From Massalongia carnosa (Eukaryota), in the NCBI GenBank assembly GCA_965645245.1, contig OZ287069.1, positions 1,550,001 through 1,614,000 on the forward strand: DNA of 64,000 bases, in the 5' to 3' direction. Below the pieces are notes generated by a model. That model was not told the DNA's origin. It did not search any database and saw only the letters and a program-made list of their open reading frames with translations. Made by a program: the position numbers and the translations under genes. Positions 1-12,300 of this stretch are shown here, one piece after another. The first letter of the stretch is position 1. Each line of letters begins with the position of its first letter.

Positions 1-440
1 ATTATGTGTGGATATAATGCAAAAGTAAAGATAGGACAGTAATCGACAATGCTCTACTTGAAGAAAGATGCACCTGAGTACCGGGATGAACTCTGATTAC
101 ATGCGGGAAGAGAATTATATTTGAGGAAAGAAACAACGTGGTACTCGTTGGTGGTATGTAGGCTTGAACATGAATGTGATTTCCTTTGTAAGAGAACTAA
201 AAGACAATTGAAAGGGAGAGCTTTTGACAAAATTGTATTCGACACTCCGGCTCTTCCGTCTTCGCCACTTGTAAAAGCTGTAAAAATTTAGAATTGGTGA
301 CGGTGCACGGTAAAGGCAAGAAAGTAAAGCCATGGGACCGGCTTCTCGAAGCCGATGTTGAATAAGCTGCCGTTATGTCTTCATTAGCATTAGCATTGTT
401 TTCGATCTAAAAGTCTCATCTAGTTCTTCGTGGGGTTGAT

Positions 441-1892
441 CTAATCAGCATCAGGATCTTCATCACCACTAACACTAGGTTCACTTTCTCCGCCCCCACC
501 CTCATGTATCATGTTATCCAAAGCATCGGTTTCCCCACCGATTAACGGCGCCCGTTCTCCTTTACCTCGGGAGTAGTGACTGGAAATACTAATTGCCACA
601 ACAGAAAACCCATGAATCATTATGGAACCAAGTATGATGAAGCATACTACTGGCCAAACCGCCTCGATGGGTTTTTTGTAGGGAGAATGAGTCGGGGGAT
701 GAGGAAGTGGAAGCGATGTCGAGGTTTCCAAATGAGCTCGAGCCTCAATAGAAAGGAACAAAGCACCTAGGCCCATGGGCCCAAAATGTCCGCAAAACAA
801 AGCCTCTCGGTAGGTCCTGATATCTGGAATCCATCTTTTCAAGGCCAACACGACAGGAATTCGGCGGAAGAAGATTATAAGGAAAAGCAACGCTACCAAC
901 CGGCTCGGGGTCAGATTGGGCGTATCCGACATGGGACTGAAGCTTCGCCAAGGGATAATGGCTCCAAGATAAACGAACATGGAAGAGTTAAGGAGCAGAT
1001 CGAGCGTATCAGGTAGGTGGGTGGTTTTGGTTTTGTTTGCAAACCAACCATCCCATGCAAAGCCCGTGCCTGCTCCAAATGCTACCAGGAAATCGTCCAG
1101 GCCAAACAGACTTCCCACTCCAATGGAGCATATCGCTAGCAGAAAATAAAAGACAAAGAAGGAAGATGAATCAATATAGTTTCTCGCCTGGGAGAAACGT
1201 AGCGCACGGTTAGCAAAGTGACCTATGATTAGGCCGACCAACAATCCTAATACGCACTGCCAAAGGATGGTGGACAAAACCCACTCCCTAGCCGCCCGCG
1301 ATGCAGATGGTTCCATCAGGGCATAGATTCCTGCGTAAAGGAAGGGAAAAGATACCCCGTCATTGCAGCCCGACTCAGCCGACAGGAGGTGCCTCAACCT
1401 CCTCGGAATCCGATTTGAAAAGCGCGAGTCGGCGAGTACACTGGCAGCGAGGACCGGGTCGGTGGGTGACAAGCAAGCAGATATAATCAGTGCAGTCGAG
1501 AAATCTGTCTTCAAGACCAGGAGAACCAAAAGGGCCGTGACGAGCCAGCTGAACATCATTACCGGACCGAGCATCATCCCAACACTCTTCCAATGCCTAC
1601 TGAAGTATGCTTTGGGAAGCTGCACACCCACCGCAAAGACCTGAACGCCTACAATTACCCTTGTGGCTTCTTGTGTGATATTATCCTCAAGGCCCCATTT
1701 GTTCGGATCAAGGACACCTGCGCCCTTGGGACCGAACACTATCCCGACAAGCGTCGCCAACGGTGGCTCTGATAGATGAAGCCGGTTCCGAATAAAATGT
1801 GAGAAAAGAGCATACAGGATGAGAAAGGTCGAGAGGATCAGGTAGGTGTAGTGAGCGGCCGTGAGCTCGAGTTTCTTGCTGATCCATGTCAT
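441..1892 (-). CDS. Na+(K+)/H+ antiporter, CPA1 family (Nha1/Sod2-like, short C-terminal tail)
   Basis: Intronless multi-TM ORF with Nha1 motifs 'ACLSPTDPVLA', 'LSAESGCNDG' and 'FCGHFGPMG'. First ATG is at 1892 (MTWISKK); the ORF track starts at an upstream TTG. Confidence 0.92.
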   Translation of the reverse strand: MTWISKKLELTAAHYTYLILSTFLILYALFSHFIRNRLHLSEPPLATLVGIVFGPKGAGVLDPNKWGLEDNITQEATRVIVGVQVFAVGVQLPKAYFSRHWKSVGMMLGPVMMFSWLVTALLVLLVLKTDFSTALIISACLSPTDPVLAASVLADSRFSNRIPRRLRHLLSAESGCNDGVSFPFLYAGIYALMEPSASRAAREWVLSTILWQCVLGLLVGLIIGHFANRALRFSQARNYIDSSSFFVFYFLLAICSIGVGSLFGLDDFLVAFGAGTGFAWDGWFANKTKTTHLPDTLDLLLNSSMFVYLGAIIPWRSFSPMSDTPNLTPSRLVALLFLIIFFRRIPVVLALKRWIPDIRTYREALFCGHFGPMGLGALFLSIEARAHLETSTSLPLPHPPTHSPYKKPIEAVWPVVCFIILGSIMIHGFSVVAISISSHYSRGKGERAPLIGGETDALDNMIHEGGGGESEPSVSGDEDPDAD

Positions 1893-2448
1893 TGGATCCA
1901 ATGGGGTTTGACGAGCCTTAAAGAGAGAGTTTTCGCGCTTGGCTCCGTTGCAATTCTCTCCGTTTCTTTCGGTAAGGCTTCTTTTAAGATTGCCGCTTTG
2001 ATTGGTACCTAAGAGATCTCGCTGTAGACTTGATGAAGGGCAGATTAATCCAGAATGGCTGGATCAGACCGAAACAAAGACTTTGAGGTGAAGGATGCAG
2101 ATCAGATGAAGGCCACTTTTGATATATCAATAAGGGTTTTTTACTTGAAAATGATTATATACTAATTTAAAAACGTTGAGTAGATATTTTACCCCACTGC
2201 CAGTTATTTTACGGTACTCTATATGAGGTATGTATTAGTTACCCTGTGAATTGAATACAGAGTAGGTTAACCTAATTAGTCACATATAGCCCTGTTGGGT
2301 CAGGTTATGTAACTAGGTACTCCGTAACTAGGCAGGTATGTAAAATGGTCTAAAACTCCCGAAACTTAAATATTGACCAATCAAGTCTAGATGTTGCTAC
2401 CCCTATTTGCCAGAGTGTCCAATCAATTACTATTTACATGAATTCCAT

Positions 2449-3451
2449 TCAATTCAGATGAATTGCTTGCCAGCAGTCCTGATTTTTACAGCAAGGCTTA
2501 ATCAAATGACATCCTCCACATGTCCACTTTGTCTGAGCATCTCGTCGCTTTCTTTTGTTTCCATTAGCGTCTCTTTCAGTAAGTGATTTCCTCTTTCGCT
2601 TGAAAGGTCTTGTTTTATTGACATTGCAATGCACACATTGTTTTTTTTTGTTCAAATGAATGTAATGATGCTCAGAAGAACTGACAAAACAATCAGTTGT
2701 GATTTGAACGCTTGTTTGAGGCTCATATCGTCGTCTTTGATGTAAAGCGCTACGAGACCAGTAAGCTAATCACGAGCGACACTGATCTCGAAAGGGGAAA
2801 TGCTCAGCGTGAGAGGTGGAAGATAGCTACTACGTGCTGGTCTCTGAGAGTATACGTGATCCAAAGAACTAACGGATGTAGAAGTGCTCAGACCAAGAGA
2901 TCTCGTCCGAGACCCAAACGTAGGTTGTTCATAGAATAAAGACTAATTGCTAACGAATACTACAGGATTCGTTCTGGTAATCGATTCAGAAACATAGCCT
3001 CCTGAATAGACACGAAAACAGGCTTATCAAAACATGTATTCCAAAAGTCGCTCTTCGAAGGCGCATGATACAAGCTCATAAACAAAAGAATGCCCAGAAA
3101 CACCTCGATCTCAGACCTAATAACGTCATCCCATGCGCGATGATTATTCTCGTTCTCCTTCTTTATATAGTCGTGTACCTTGATATTGGTATGATACGCG
3201 ATGATGCGACAGTGCTGAGCTGAAATGAACAGTTGAAACAATTCAAGAGGCGAATCAGCAAGACCTTTAGCTAGTGATTTAGAAGGTCTGTCATCAACTG
3301 ACACGGAAGTGTAATTGAGGGAGGGAGGTGGAATATCGGCCAAAATGCTTTCGACGGTGCGCTTACTCTTGATTTTGTGCTGCTTTGCTGAGATAGGAGA
3401 TTTATCTGAGACACTAGGAATCTCTTCTTCATTTAGTCCCATGTTTTGCAA
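2449..3451 (-). mobile_element. Defective piggyBac-like transposase remnant (N-terminal part and C-terminal Cys-rich domain; catalytic core missing)
   Basis: 2960-3451 encodes 'SPLELFQLFI...IIAYHTN...W..V..SEIEVFLGILLFM...DFW...AMFLNR', typical of the piggyBac N-terminal region. 2449-2740 encodes 'CVHC...TKWTCGGC...CC..QDCWQAIH', a piggyBac-type Cys-rich tail. GGGGTTAA at ~3526-3533 may be one terminus. Confidence 0.8.
2741..2978 (+). mobile_element. Possible solo-LTR fragment inserted in the piggyBac remnant
   Basis: About 240 bp non-transposase segment that begins TGTA, has AATAAA at 2935 and TACA at 2961-2964, and sits where transposase similarity breaks. No target-site duplication seen. 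Confidence 0.35.
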
Positions 3452-4282
3452 TTAAATATGAGATGATAATCACAATAATTGATGAGCAACTAAATCAGTT
3501 CGTGAGGTTGAGAACGGTGATGCTTGGGGTTAAAAAGCTAAACAGAAGCTTGATGTTCTGATTACTAATGCAAAGCAGCTAACTACTAGTGCGAGGGGGT
3601 GGTGCCTTCGCAGCGACGAAAGCGATACTAAAATATCGAAGTACGTTACCTAGGGGAGAGAATGTCTTCCTTCCCTCCAATCGATCCTTCAGCTCCCTCA
3701 ACTTTCATCCTTCAAGCTTGTATTCCAACCTCCCAACTGCTATGTTACCCTGTTAGGCGTAGCCAAATGTCCCTTATTGCTTCTACATATAGTTACTCGG
3801 TGTCTCATACATATGCAGCTTATTTCGTGTGATTTCTGCTTTGTTGCTTGGGCGAAACGCTCCCCGTTGATTTTTAAACATCTTGTCTTGTTTGGTACGG
3901 TCTTGTCGTGGGACTTGCCTGAGAACCTAAAATGAGATTTCCTTGCATTGGCTTCTCTTGGCGATTGCCACTGCTTCACATGATGAATCATGCAGCGAGA
4001 AGAAGCGACGACATCGTGCAGCTGGCTCCATAGATAACCCAATTTGAAACGAGTTGCAGTTCTCTATACTTTACCTTCGCACTTAAACGGCAGATCCACA
4101 TTGACCATGCGCCGGTCTAGATCCGATAGTGCGTACGCCAGGCGGATTAAGTATCTTCTTATTCTTTAGAAAAAACATGGAATTTATATCCTCTATGCAT
4201 GTTAGGGTCTCTTGCATGCTTAGGGGACTGTGTTACTGAACTTGGTTTCAATCGTTCTCAGATCGAGCATTCCGGGCGGGAT

Positions 4283-5114
4283 ATGCAGATGCTCTTGTTC
4301 GTGCTTCTCGCTACATATTATTATTCTCTAGTTGCCGCTCAGAGCCGTGAGCGACTTCCTCCAGAAGTCTTTGATGGACAAGCCTTAACATCTTCATGGC
4401 TACCGTGTATCATGATTATAGCTACAATTATAAGATTAATGGCTGCGGCGGTAAGGCCTCAGCCGTGCTAAAGAACCTCAGGATCGCACTTCGCATGAGC
4501 TACTTAGCCATCCAGGGTATCAGCAAAAACACCTCCTCAAATGCAGTGTGCGAGGCATTGTTCAAAACCGTTCCCCTGGACGAGATAAAGGGTGTTCTTA
4601 TACATTGTTCACGGCGAATTTTTGATGATTCCCGATCGACCAATCCGGTTTACCATAATCGTTTGCGTCTCCCCCATCGATCTAGATCTCGCCGACTATA
4701 ATTCCAGTTTTGCGGAGCTTACCTATATCCACCACCACTGTACATGGAAAGAGGAGGTTGTCTCCATCATGGAACTGTGAACATGGAATTCATCTATCTG
4801 TGCGATCATTGGCATTCTTGGCCCATCTTCCCCGTGAAGTCTGAATGCCCCCGGTCATTGACGAGGATGGCAAAGGTTCGACGTTTGATCAGTTTGCTTC
4901 CAAACATAACTACAGCACGCAGGCGACCATACTCCCTCACGAACTTACCCACCTATACTTGCCAAAACCAGAGGGATGCCTGCGGCCCGAACGCTATAGC
5001 CTGGTGAAGTGCATGGCTTTGTCGGCCAATGAGTCGGCAATTAACCCAAGCAACTACGCTTTCTATACAGGAGGTAAGCTCGAAACGCTCTGTAGGGTTC
5101 GTCGTGTATGCTAA
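4283..5114 (+). pseudogene. Frameshifted secreted HEXXH zinc metalloprotease-like gene (deuterolysin/M35-like)
   Basis: Signal-peptide-like 'MQMLLFVLLATYYYSLVAAQ', then pieces in several frames: 'FIYLCDHW...ECP', 'ILPHELTHLY', 'ERYSLVKCMAL...AINPSNYAFY'. The frames cannot be joined with canonical introns. Confidence 0.6.
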
Positions 5115-5837
5115 GCGCAAACATACACTCGCAGCTCATCTTACAGGCTGCAAACTCCCAAAGCCCCCACCTCGGCAGAATCTTCTGCGTTCCCTCGTTG
5201 GCGAGACTTTGAGCGCAACCTAATACAGAAACCCTGTAACTCAACTCTAATGCACTAGTCGAAGACTGGAAATGCTAGTCTTGGATAAGTATATCCGGAA
5301 AGGCGCTTAGCTAGAGACCAGGACGAGAGCGGCCGAATACACTAAGTTCTACATGTCTCCTGGTTAGCGATAAATCTAAAAAAAAACCACTTCCACCACT
5401 TACCTACTTAGCCAGTCTTGGTGACAACCCAATTCATCCCCATCCCCACCCCCCTCTGATGCAACTCATACCTACGTCTCCTTCTCCTCTACCTCCCCGT
5501 ATGGTTCCCCCTCCCCTTCCCCCTCAAACCAAGAGCAATACCAACAAAGTCCAAAAAAATCTAAAAAGAGAAAAGAAAAGGAATGGAAACCTCGGAACAA
5601 GAACCCTTTCCTCATTCCCTTCCCATCACTCCCTCATATCCCCTCTCCTTTCCTATCCGTCTACTTCTACCTTCTCTCCCCCCTGCCCTCTCCCTTCCCT
5701 TGTTTATTCCCCCCATTTTCTCCTCCACCAAGCATAACTAACAATTAACTCCCTTTTTCACCCCATCTAGCAGATACTACCGTACGTAAGTTCATGATGA
5801 TGTTGATTTAAGGGGGGATATGAGGGGATTGGGAGTG

Positions 5838-5870
5838 GGGGAGAGAGAGAGAGGGAGGGAGAGAGAGAGA

Positions 5871-5902
<32 letters not shown>
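5838..5902. repeat. (GA)n microsatellite, imperfect
   Basis: About 65 bp GA-rich dinucleotide run downstream of the TBC gene. Confidence 0.9.
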
Positions 5903-5905
<3 letters not shown>

Positions 5906-6023
5906 AGTAAGACTGACAAGCTAGGGATTGCATATCTACAAGTTGAAGTGGTTCGAATGAAAAAGGAAATATATACTCCGGTTTCCATTCCTCCTTCAAC
6001 CCCATCGTCCTGGGTATTGGCGA

Positions 6024-8502
6024 TCATCTTTCCCCTCGCCCAATATCCTCCATCCCTCCATCCTTCCCCGCCCTCCTTACCCTCCCCATAAAACCGTCCA
6101 CCCCATCCAAACCCCCATCACCTCCAAACCCCCCTCTTCCCCCCCACCCAAGCAGCCCTAAAACCTCCTCTCGTCCCGCGTACAGATTTCCCTCAAGCTC
6201 CCCTAACCAAGCCACAGCGGCCCTAACCACGACCCCATCCCCTTCAAAAACCATCACGTCCCATACCCTCACCGCACCTTCAACCCCAAGCCCATCCCCC
6301 GGTGCCAGGAGGAGCGTGCGCATCATCGGCTCAAGGACCTCTGCGGAAGTAAGACCTAACCCCGCGGGGGCGGGGGAAAATAGGTGTGCGTGCAGCCGGG
6401 GGAGCTTACGCGAGAGGAGAGCGAGGGTAATGGCGTAGACTTTTTGCGTTGCGGCGGGGTCGCCAGTTAGGAAAGCGAGAGGGAGGGCCCGGTTGAGGAG
6501 GTTCGCAAGGGCGAGGAAGGCGGAGAGGGGGGTGGGAAGGGTAAGGAGGAGAATGGCGGCGATGAGCTGGGTTGGATAGGGTGTTAGATGGCTATGTGCA
6601 CCAAATCTAGGTGGAGAAATTCTGCTACTGCTACGCATGGGCAGTCCGTCTCTGGATGGAAGAAATAAGGCTTACATGAGTTCCGTGGCTGTAGCCGACA
6701 TCTGAGCGGTACATGGAGTATGCCATCAGCACATCTAGGAGGCCATCGTGGAGTGGGCTGCCAGCTTGGAAGATCTTGAGGTTGGGAAAGACGGTCTGGA
6801 TGTCTCGACGTATGGCTGCGAACCAGACTTTTTCTTTGTAGCGGTCGCTAGGGCTCGACTTCCCAATTCGTGTTTCCACATCAATGGCTCGCCGGAGAGC
6901 TTTCGCATAGGTGACTTCAGTCAACACCAGATCGTTTCCAATCGCGCGTCCCCACACCCGGCCGCGCGATCGCGGAGCGATGCCGCGCCACCATAGCTCT
7001 CGGGTGCGCGGTTCGCGGATGACTTGGTCCCAGTTTGGCAGCACGTGTTCTTCCCAGATACGAAGGAGAGCGGATCTAGTGTCGTCTTGCACACATTGAA
7101 CGTCAACTGCCTTTGCAGCTTTCCTTCGCTCTACCAGTAGAGTCTAAGCTTTGCAGAACCGAACCAACAAGCTTAAAGGATGGGGTATCTTACCAGTCTC
7201 CAGGCTCATTTCCATCATATGCTGGTACTCTTTCAAATGCTTCTTTTCTTCTTTTCGGTTTTTCGGTGGGAGCCAGCTGGGCCTCGTTCTACTCAATACC
7301 TTCTCCTTCTCCTTGCTGACAGGAAGCGGATCAATCATCACGTTATTGATCCGTAGAGGTGGCAACTCAATGGAGCTAGTTTTCGCCCTAGATAACTTCT
7401 CTGTACTTGGTCTCACAGAGGAAGTACCATTTTGGATTGCTGCCTCCTGCTGAAGCTCTGTAGCATCAGCATGGCTCTCAAGCGCTTCCGTCAGACATTT
7501 GGCTTCCTCAGAAAGCTCGGATAATGCCACATTCCAAGTTTTCGCCCGGGTCTTCGGAAAGAAAAAATTCTCAGGCATACTGCCTGTGGAGTTTCCCCGT
7601 AACCATCTGGGCTTCAAAGGCGAAGATGCTACTGGTTCGTGTTTGCTAGGTTGGCCTGGAGTTGCATGTGTGGATGGAAACAGCTGGGGTGATTGACGAG
7701 CCGCAATTGCTGTGTGATCAATAGATGATCGAAGAGGACTGCGTCGTTCTGGACTAGTGCTTGGCGAGACGTTGGTAGAATTTGCGGCCGAGATAGATGT
7801 CCTTTCGGGCGCCGGTCGAGGAGAGAGCGGCACGTTCCATAAACTTGCCTCTTCCGGAAGGTCTTCGTCCAAGTCATCATACTCATCCTCCAACTCTTTT
7901 ACCGACTTTCGGCTTGGCTGCCATGATCCTCTTCTTGTCGGAAAGGGTTGCGCCCACGATGACTTGGCCTGAAGACGGGGAGAAGGCGCGTTAAGCTTTG
8001 GTTGAAACGGTATGGCACCCGGCTGCGATGGGGATGGCGACCGAGAGCGATTCAAATTGCTCATCGCAGTCATGGCTAACGAGGGACTCGAAGGGCTGGC
8101 GAAACCTCTTTTCGTTGTTGCCCCTTGAGGTAGACCCAGCGACTGAACCGAGCTTCGTCGTACGGCGCCTTGAACTTGACTTTGAAGAGTCGGGTATGAT
8201 GGTCTTCGGACCCCATTTGTGAGCTCTCTCATGCTGCCAGGGCCATGGTTATTGCCTGTTCTTCCATCCATTGCTATTGACGCGGTTCGAGATAGAGGGC
8301 GCTTAGAAATATCGTAGTCATGTAGGTCGTAATGATGAAAATGTCGATCTTCGTCAAGCCCTATATCTTCGAAATTGGTAACATCGGAGAGAACGAGATC
8401 AGCACCAGACAATGACGAGGAATGAAAGGATGAGGATTTGGAGGACTTGGAACCAGTCAAGTCGGGGGGTGAGTCCGGCGGTTGGGTTGAGAAGGCGGTC
8501 AT
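6024..8502 (-). CDS. TBC-domain Rab GTPase-activating protein (TBC1D12/14-like), 3 exons
   Basis: Likely start MTAFSTQPPDSPPDL at 8502. Motifs 'SRTRPSWLPPK..KEEKKHLKEY', 'RELWWRGIAPRSRGRVW', 'IRRDIQTVFP', 'YRSDVGY' and 'RVWDVMVFEGD'. GT-AG introns at about 7192-7134 and 6675-6570. Confidence 0.88.
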
Positions 8503-9339
8503 ATCATCGTAAATATTAATTCTAGGATGCGTTAATGAGCCATTTCTGGAGTATATCGATGCTTCAGATGATTGCGAGTAGGATAGAAAGGCGGTCGAAG
8601 TGACACGCGATTGGAGTAAAAGGTTAATGATACCGGGGACGACTCTCTGTGGTAGTGCTTTTTCTTGATGATAAAGAGTGTGGGTGTGAAAGGAATCTTG
8701 GCTGGCATCGATAACACAATCGGAACTATATACATATGTAGAGAGCCCGCTGTCGTCGAGGTTAACCTCAAGATGATTATTACTCTGGGCGCTGGTGGTC
8801 GCGATGAGGTCCACCATCACTAAAGTTGCCGACACACGTGACAAGGTTAGCGCAGCGACAATGTTAAGCGATACCTAAAAAGGAAAGACGTTCGGTTAAG
8901 GATTGCGCACAGAGAAAGACAAAGCTGAAGGATCAAGACCGAAAATTCAGCATGGTTCATGAACGAGTCGTGAATTTTGGTATGAAGTTAAGGAATGCTC
9001 ATCACGAAGGTGAAAAGAATCAAGAGGTAAACGCAAGAGGAATTTCTCATTATAATGGACAGCCGAGTCAAAGGCATTTGGGTAGAACGGTGTTGGCGAG
9101 ACGGTTTCAAGGAGGCTGGACCAACCAACAACCTCAAACTTCACGGCATGATCTGACCAATGATGATGAAAACCGCTTGTAAGCACATATAGAGTAGTCG
9201 CCCTGAGTCCCGGAGGCCGAGGGGCATCAGTTTAATTACCCCGTTCAAAGTATTACATGCATCCAAGAATGCTATAGGAAAGCCTCCGCCAAGGTCATCG
9301 GAAAATACACCCCTTCTCCTTGAGATGCATGCAACTCGC

Positions 9340-12300
9340 TTAGTATTTATAGCTTTTGAAAGCTGCTTCGCCTTTGCGCACAACCCTCGCAAGCTTCATT
9401 AATTCCTTGCCCTCGGTCGGCGCGGAGCGTTGCAGCACCCCATCAAGCCACTCGAGTACGGGACCGTATTTGCATTGCTTCCTCCGAAGGATGCTGTTGA
9501 ATGCTTTGGCTGCTAGCCTATGCAACATGATGTCATCAGCCAAGGATAGTCCACATTTCGTCAACACCTCATATCCCAAACTCGTTTCATTGACATGCAC
9601 GGACGGGCCTTACCATTGCACTTGGTGTTTGCTCACTACACAACCATAGTCAAGCACCGTTTGCTGCTTGGGTTTCGCTTTGATAAGCACAAAGGCCATG
9701 TCGACCAAGTCACGAATAGTACCTGGCAAAAAGCACGATTGCTGTCAGTAAATGATCCAGCATCATGGATACACTTAATATGTGCCGTGGAGAAAGAGCT
9801 CAACAGGGAAAACAGAACTGAATACGTACCAACCAGCAAGCAAGTAGGAGGATGTATGCTTGCGGTCATGCATTTGGCATACCGGTAAAATTTCATTGCC
9901 GACTCCACAAAGTTCTGGTAGATGGTGGACAGGACGGTGTCCAGCGAGTTGAAATTTGTGTCGAGGAACATTTTGTGAGTTTGGATCTTGAAGGCACTAG
10001 TTCACCCACGATCAGTCTACGACAACATTTTCTAGCTTCCTTAAATCCTACTTTAAGGCTTTGTGATGGAAGGTCTTGCCTGGACTTTTTGATGGCTCGA
10101 CCGTTAGGGAATCCGAGAGGACTAATAAAAAGTTAGCACCGATGAGCTACTCTCCTGATGAAGCTTCATCGATCGGAACCTGACCTGTGTTCTTCCTACG
10201 ATCTCGATCCTTGGTGATTTCCAATGTTCTAGTATCGATCATAATACCACAATAGGGAAAGGCCGAGTCTCCAGCCAATTGGGGAACTCGAAACCCATTG
10301 ATATTGACCTTGAAGTTTACCAGACTCTTGGCTGGGTTGATATTGACACCGTACTTTTCAATTCCGTCGTGCATGATCTGCAAGAACGTCGTGGCGTGGG
10401 ATTTGTTAGTTGTGATGAGTAAAAAGTCGTCGATGAGCCGTAGTAGAATGCCTTCATCTTCCTTAAGATATCCTAAATACTCAGCCTCTAATTCTGCATA
10501 AAAATAGTTGCAGAGGAGACTTGACAAGACAGAGCCTTGCGGTATTCCAGCTTTTTGCCGAAAGAACTTTTTGCCAATTTTTACCATATTCCTCTCAACA
10601 TGTTCTTCCAACAGGTCAAGTAAGGAATCTTTCTTCTGAACCATCTGTACTACGTTGTCTACAAAGACTGTGTTCCTCTTACCCACTGCCAGTCGGGTGG
10701 TGACAAGTTGGTCAAATGTCTGGAAGTCCGTAATTGCGCATGCAGCAGCAACGAATTTTCGGGCTGGAAGTGGCTCTTTGTCCATTCCAGCACCAGAGGT
10801 ATGGGTTTTAGAGGATTTGATCTCTGCATGACGCGCAATCCTGTACTCGTCTTCGGATGTAATGTTCTCCATAAGCCTTACAACTCGTCGCTGAGGTATA
10901 GTATCGAAGCATGATTGGACGTCAACTTTGACAAAGTAAAGCTTCGCCCGGTGTTTTTGGATATGTTCCATGTGGTTTCGAAATGCCTTCAATCTTGGAT
11001 AAATTTCACCCACAGAAAATAATGCAGAACCCACTCGAGCGGAGTGTTTCTTCCTTTCATAATCAAGCATGTTGAAAACTGGCGCCATTACTGAGTTGAT
11101 ACTTCTTCCGAGTACCATCTTTCCGTGCTGTAGTTTCGTAACCCGTCTTCGAAGATTCATAATTGGCCGTACTCCATTCTTCTTTGGAAGTAGTCGGATT
11201 TGGCTAAAACCCAACACACGAGCATCCAGGAGTCTCCTGGCCTGCAGAGTTTTGATCTCTTCAAACATTTTTAGTTTAAGGTTAACAATGGACGGCTCTG
11301 TGAGCCGTCGCCAGATATCATGTCGGAAGAAGAAGAGGCGATTACCATGAACATTAGATTCTGTTACGTGGAAATTGGAGCGGATCAGAGGTATCACCAC
11401 CGAATCAAATATGTAATAAATAAATTCCAGAAAGATTTCCTGACGCTTCTGAAAATCCGGACGAGAAACTTTCAAGTCAGGTTTGACGGTGGGAGGGATC
11501 AGCCACGAAACTGCTCTGAGCTGTTGTTTGATTAGCATAGTAGCAATAGACTTCTCGATTTGCTCAATACCTTCAGACCTTGAGAAACGAGATGCAGAGA
11601 CAAATTCTCAAACCTTCTTAGTTGAATAAAGCGATCGACATTCTCCATAACAATGGTCATGTTTTTGGTTCCTTCTTTGCCATCTCCCCAAAATCTGTTT
11701 GGTATTATTTTTGAGATGGTTGCTCGACAAAATGCTGAGACATCTGCGCTCGGAGTAGCAAAATCAACCAGGGAGGCTTCTTGCTTTATACCCGACTGCT
11801 TCTCACCACATATCGGCGCAATGGCACTCAGGTCAGTTGAAGTGATTGCTTCAGCGGTTTCTAGCTGGCTCTTATCATTTTGAATTGCGCTTTTGGTTTT
11901 CTGTCTTGAGGTCCTGGAGCCCTATTTCGATTTAAGTACGACGTCAAACCGAGCAGCACGGATAACCCACATTTAAGGGGCAATAATGTCCGAGAAGCTC
12001 CTTATAAGAACATCGGGAGTGTAATATTTGAAGCTTCTTCACTAGAGACACAACACCTCGAAGCCTCTTCGGAAGACGCTGCTGTAAACTGCTACATTTA
12101 CGTGCTGAACTACCTTGTAGAGATATTAGACGTTGGCGTCGGGCAATTTCTTGTTCCCGCAACGTATAGTCCTTGAAAGGTTGAATGGTCTCTCGTGGGT
12201 CCAGCGTTGAAGTGAATGCGTTATGTAATCCGAATTGCCGTGGGAAAATGTATTTCATGACATGTATTGTGTGGTCTAAACTGTGAGCGTCCTGATAGCG

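Noticed and set aside
54..333. Short minus-strand ORFs at the window start
   Set aside because: No recognisable protein features.
7144..8844. ORF-track 566-aa version of the TBC N-terminus
   Set aside because: It starts at a non-ATG codon and runs into an intron. The conserved-looking start is at 8502.
10147..11538. Retrotransposon reverse transcriptase
   Set aside because: The T motif, spliceosomal introns and lack of gag/integrase/endonuclease identify it as TERT.
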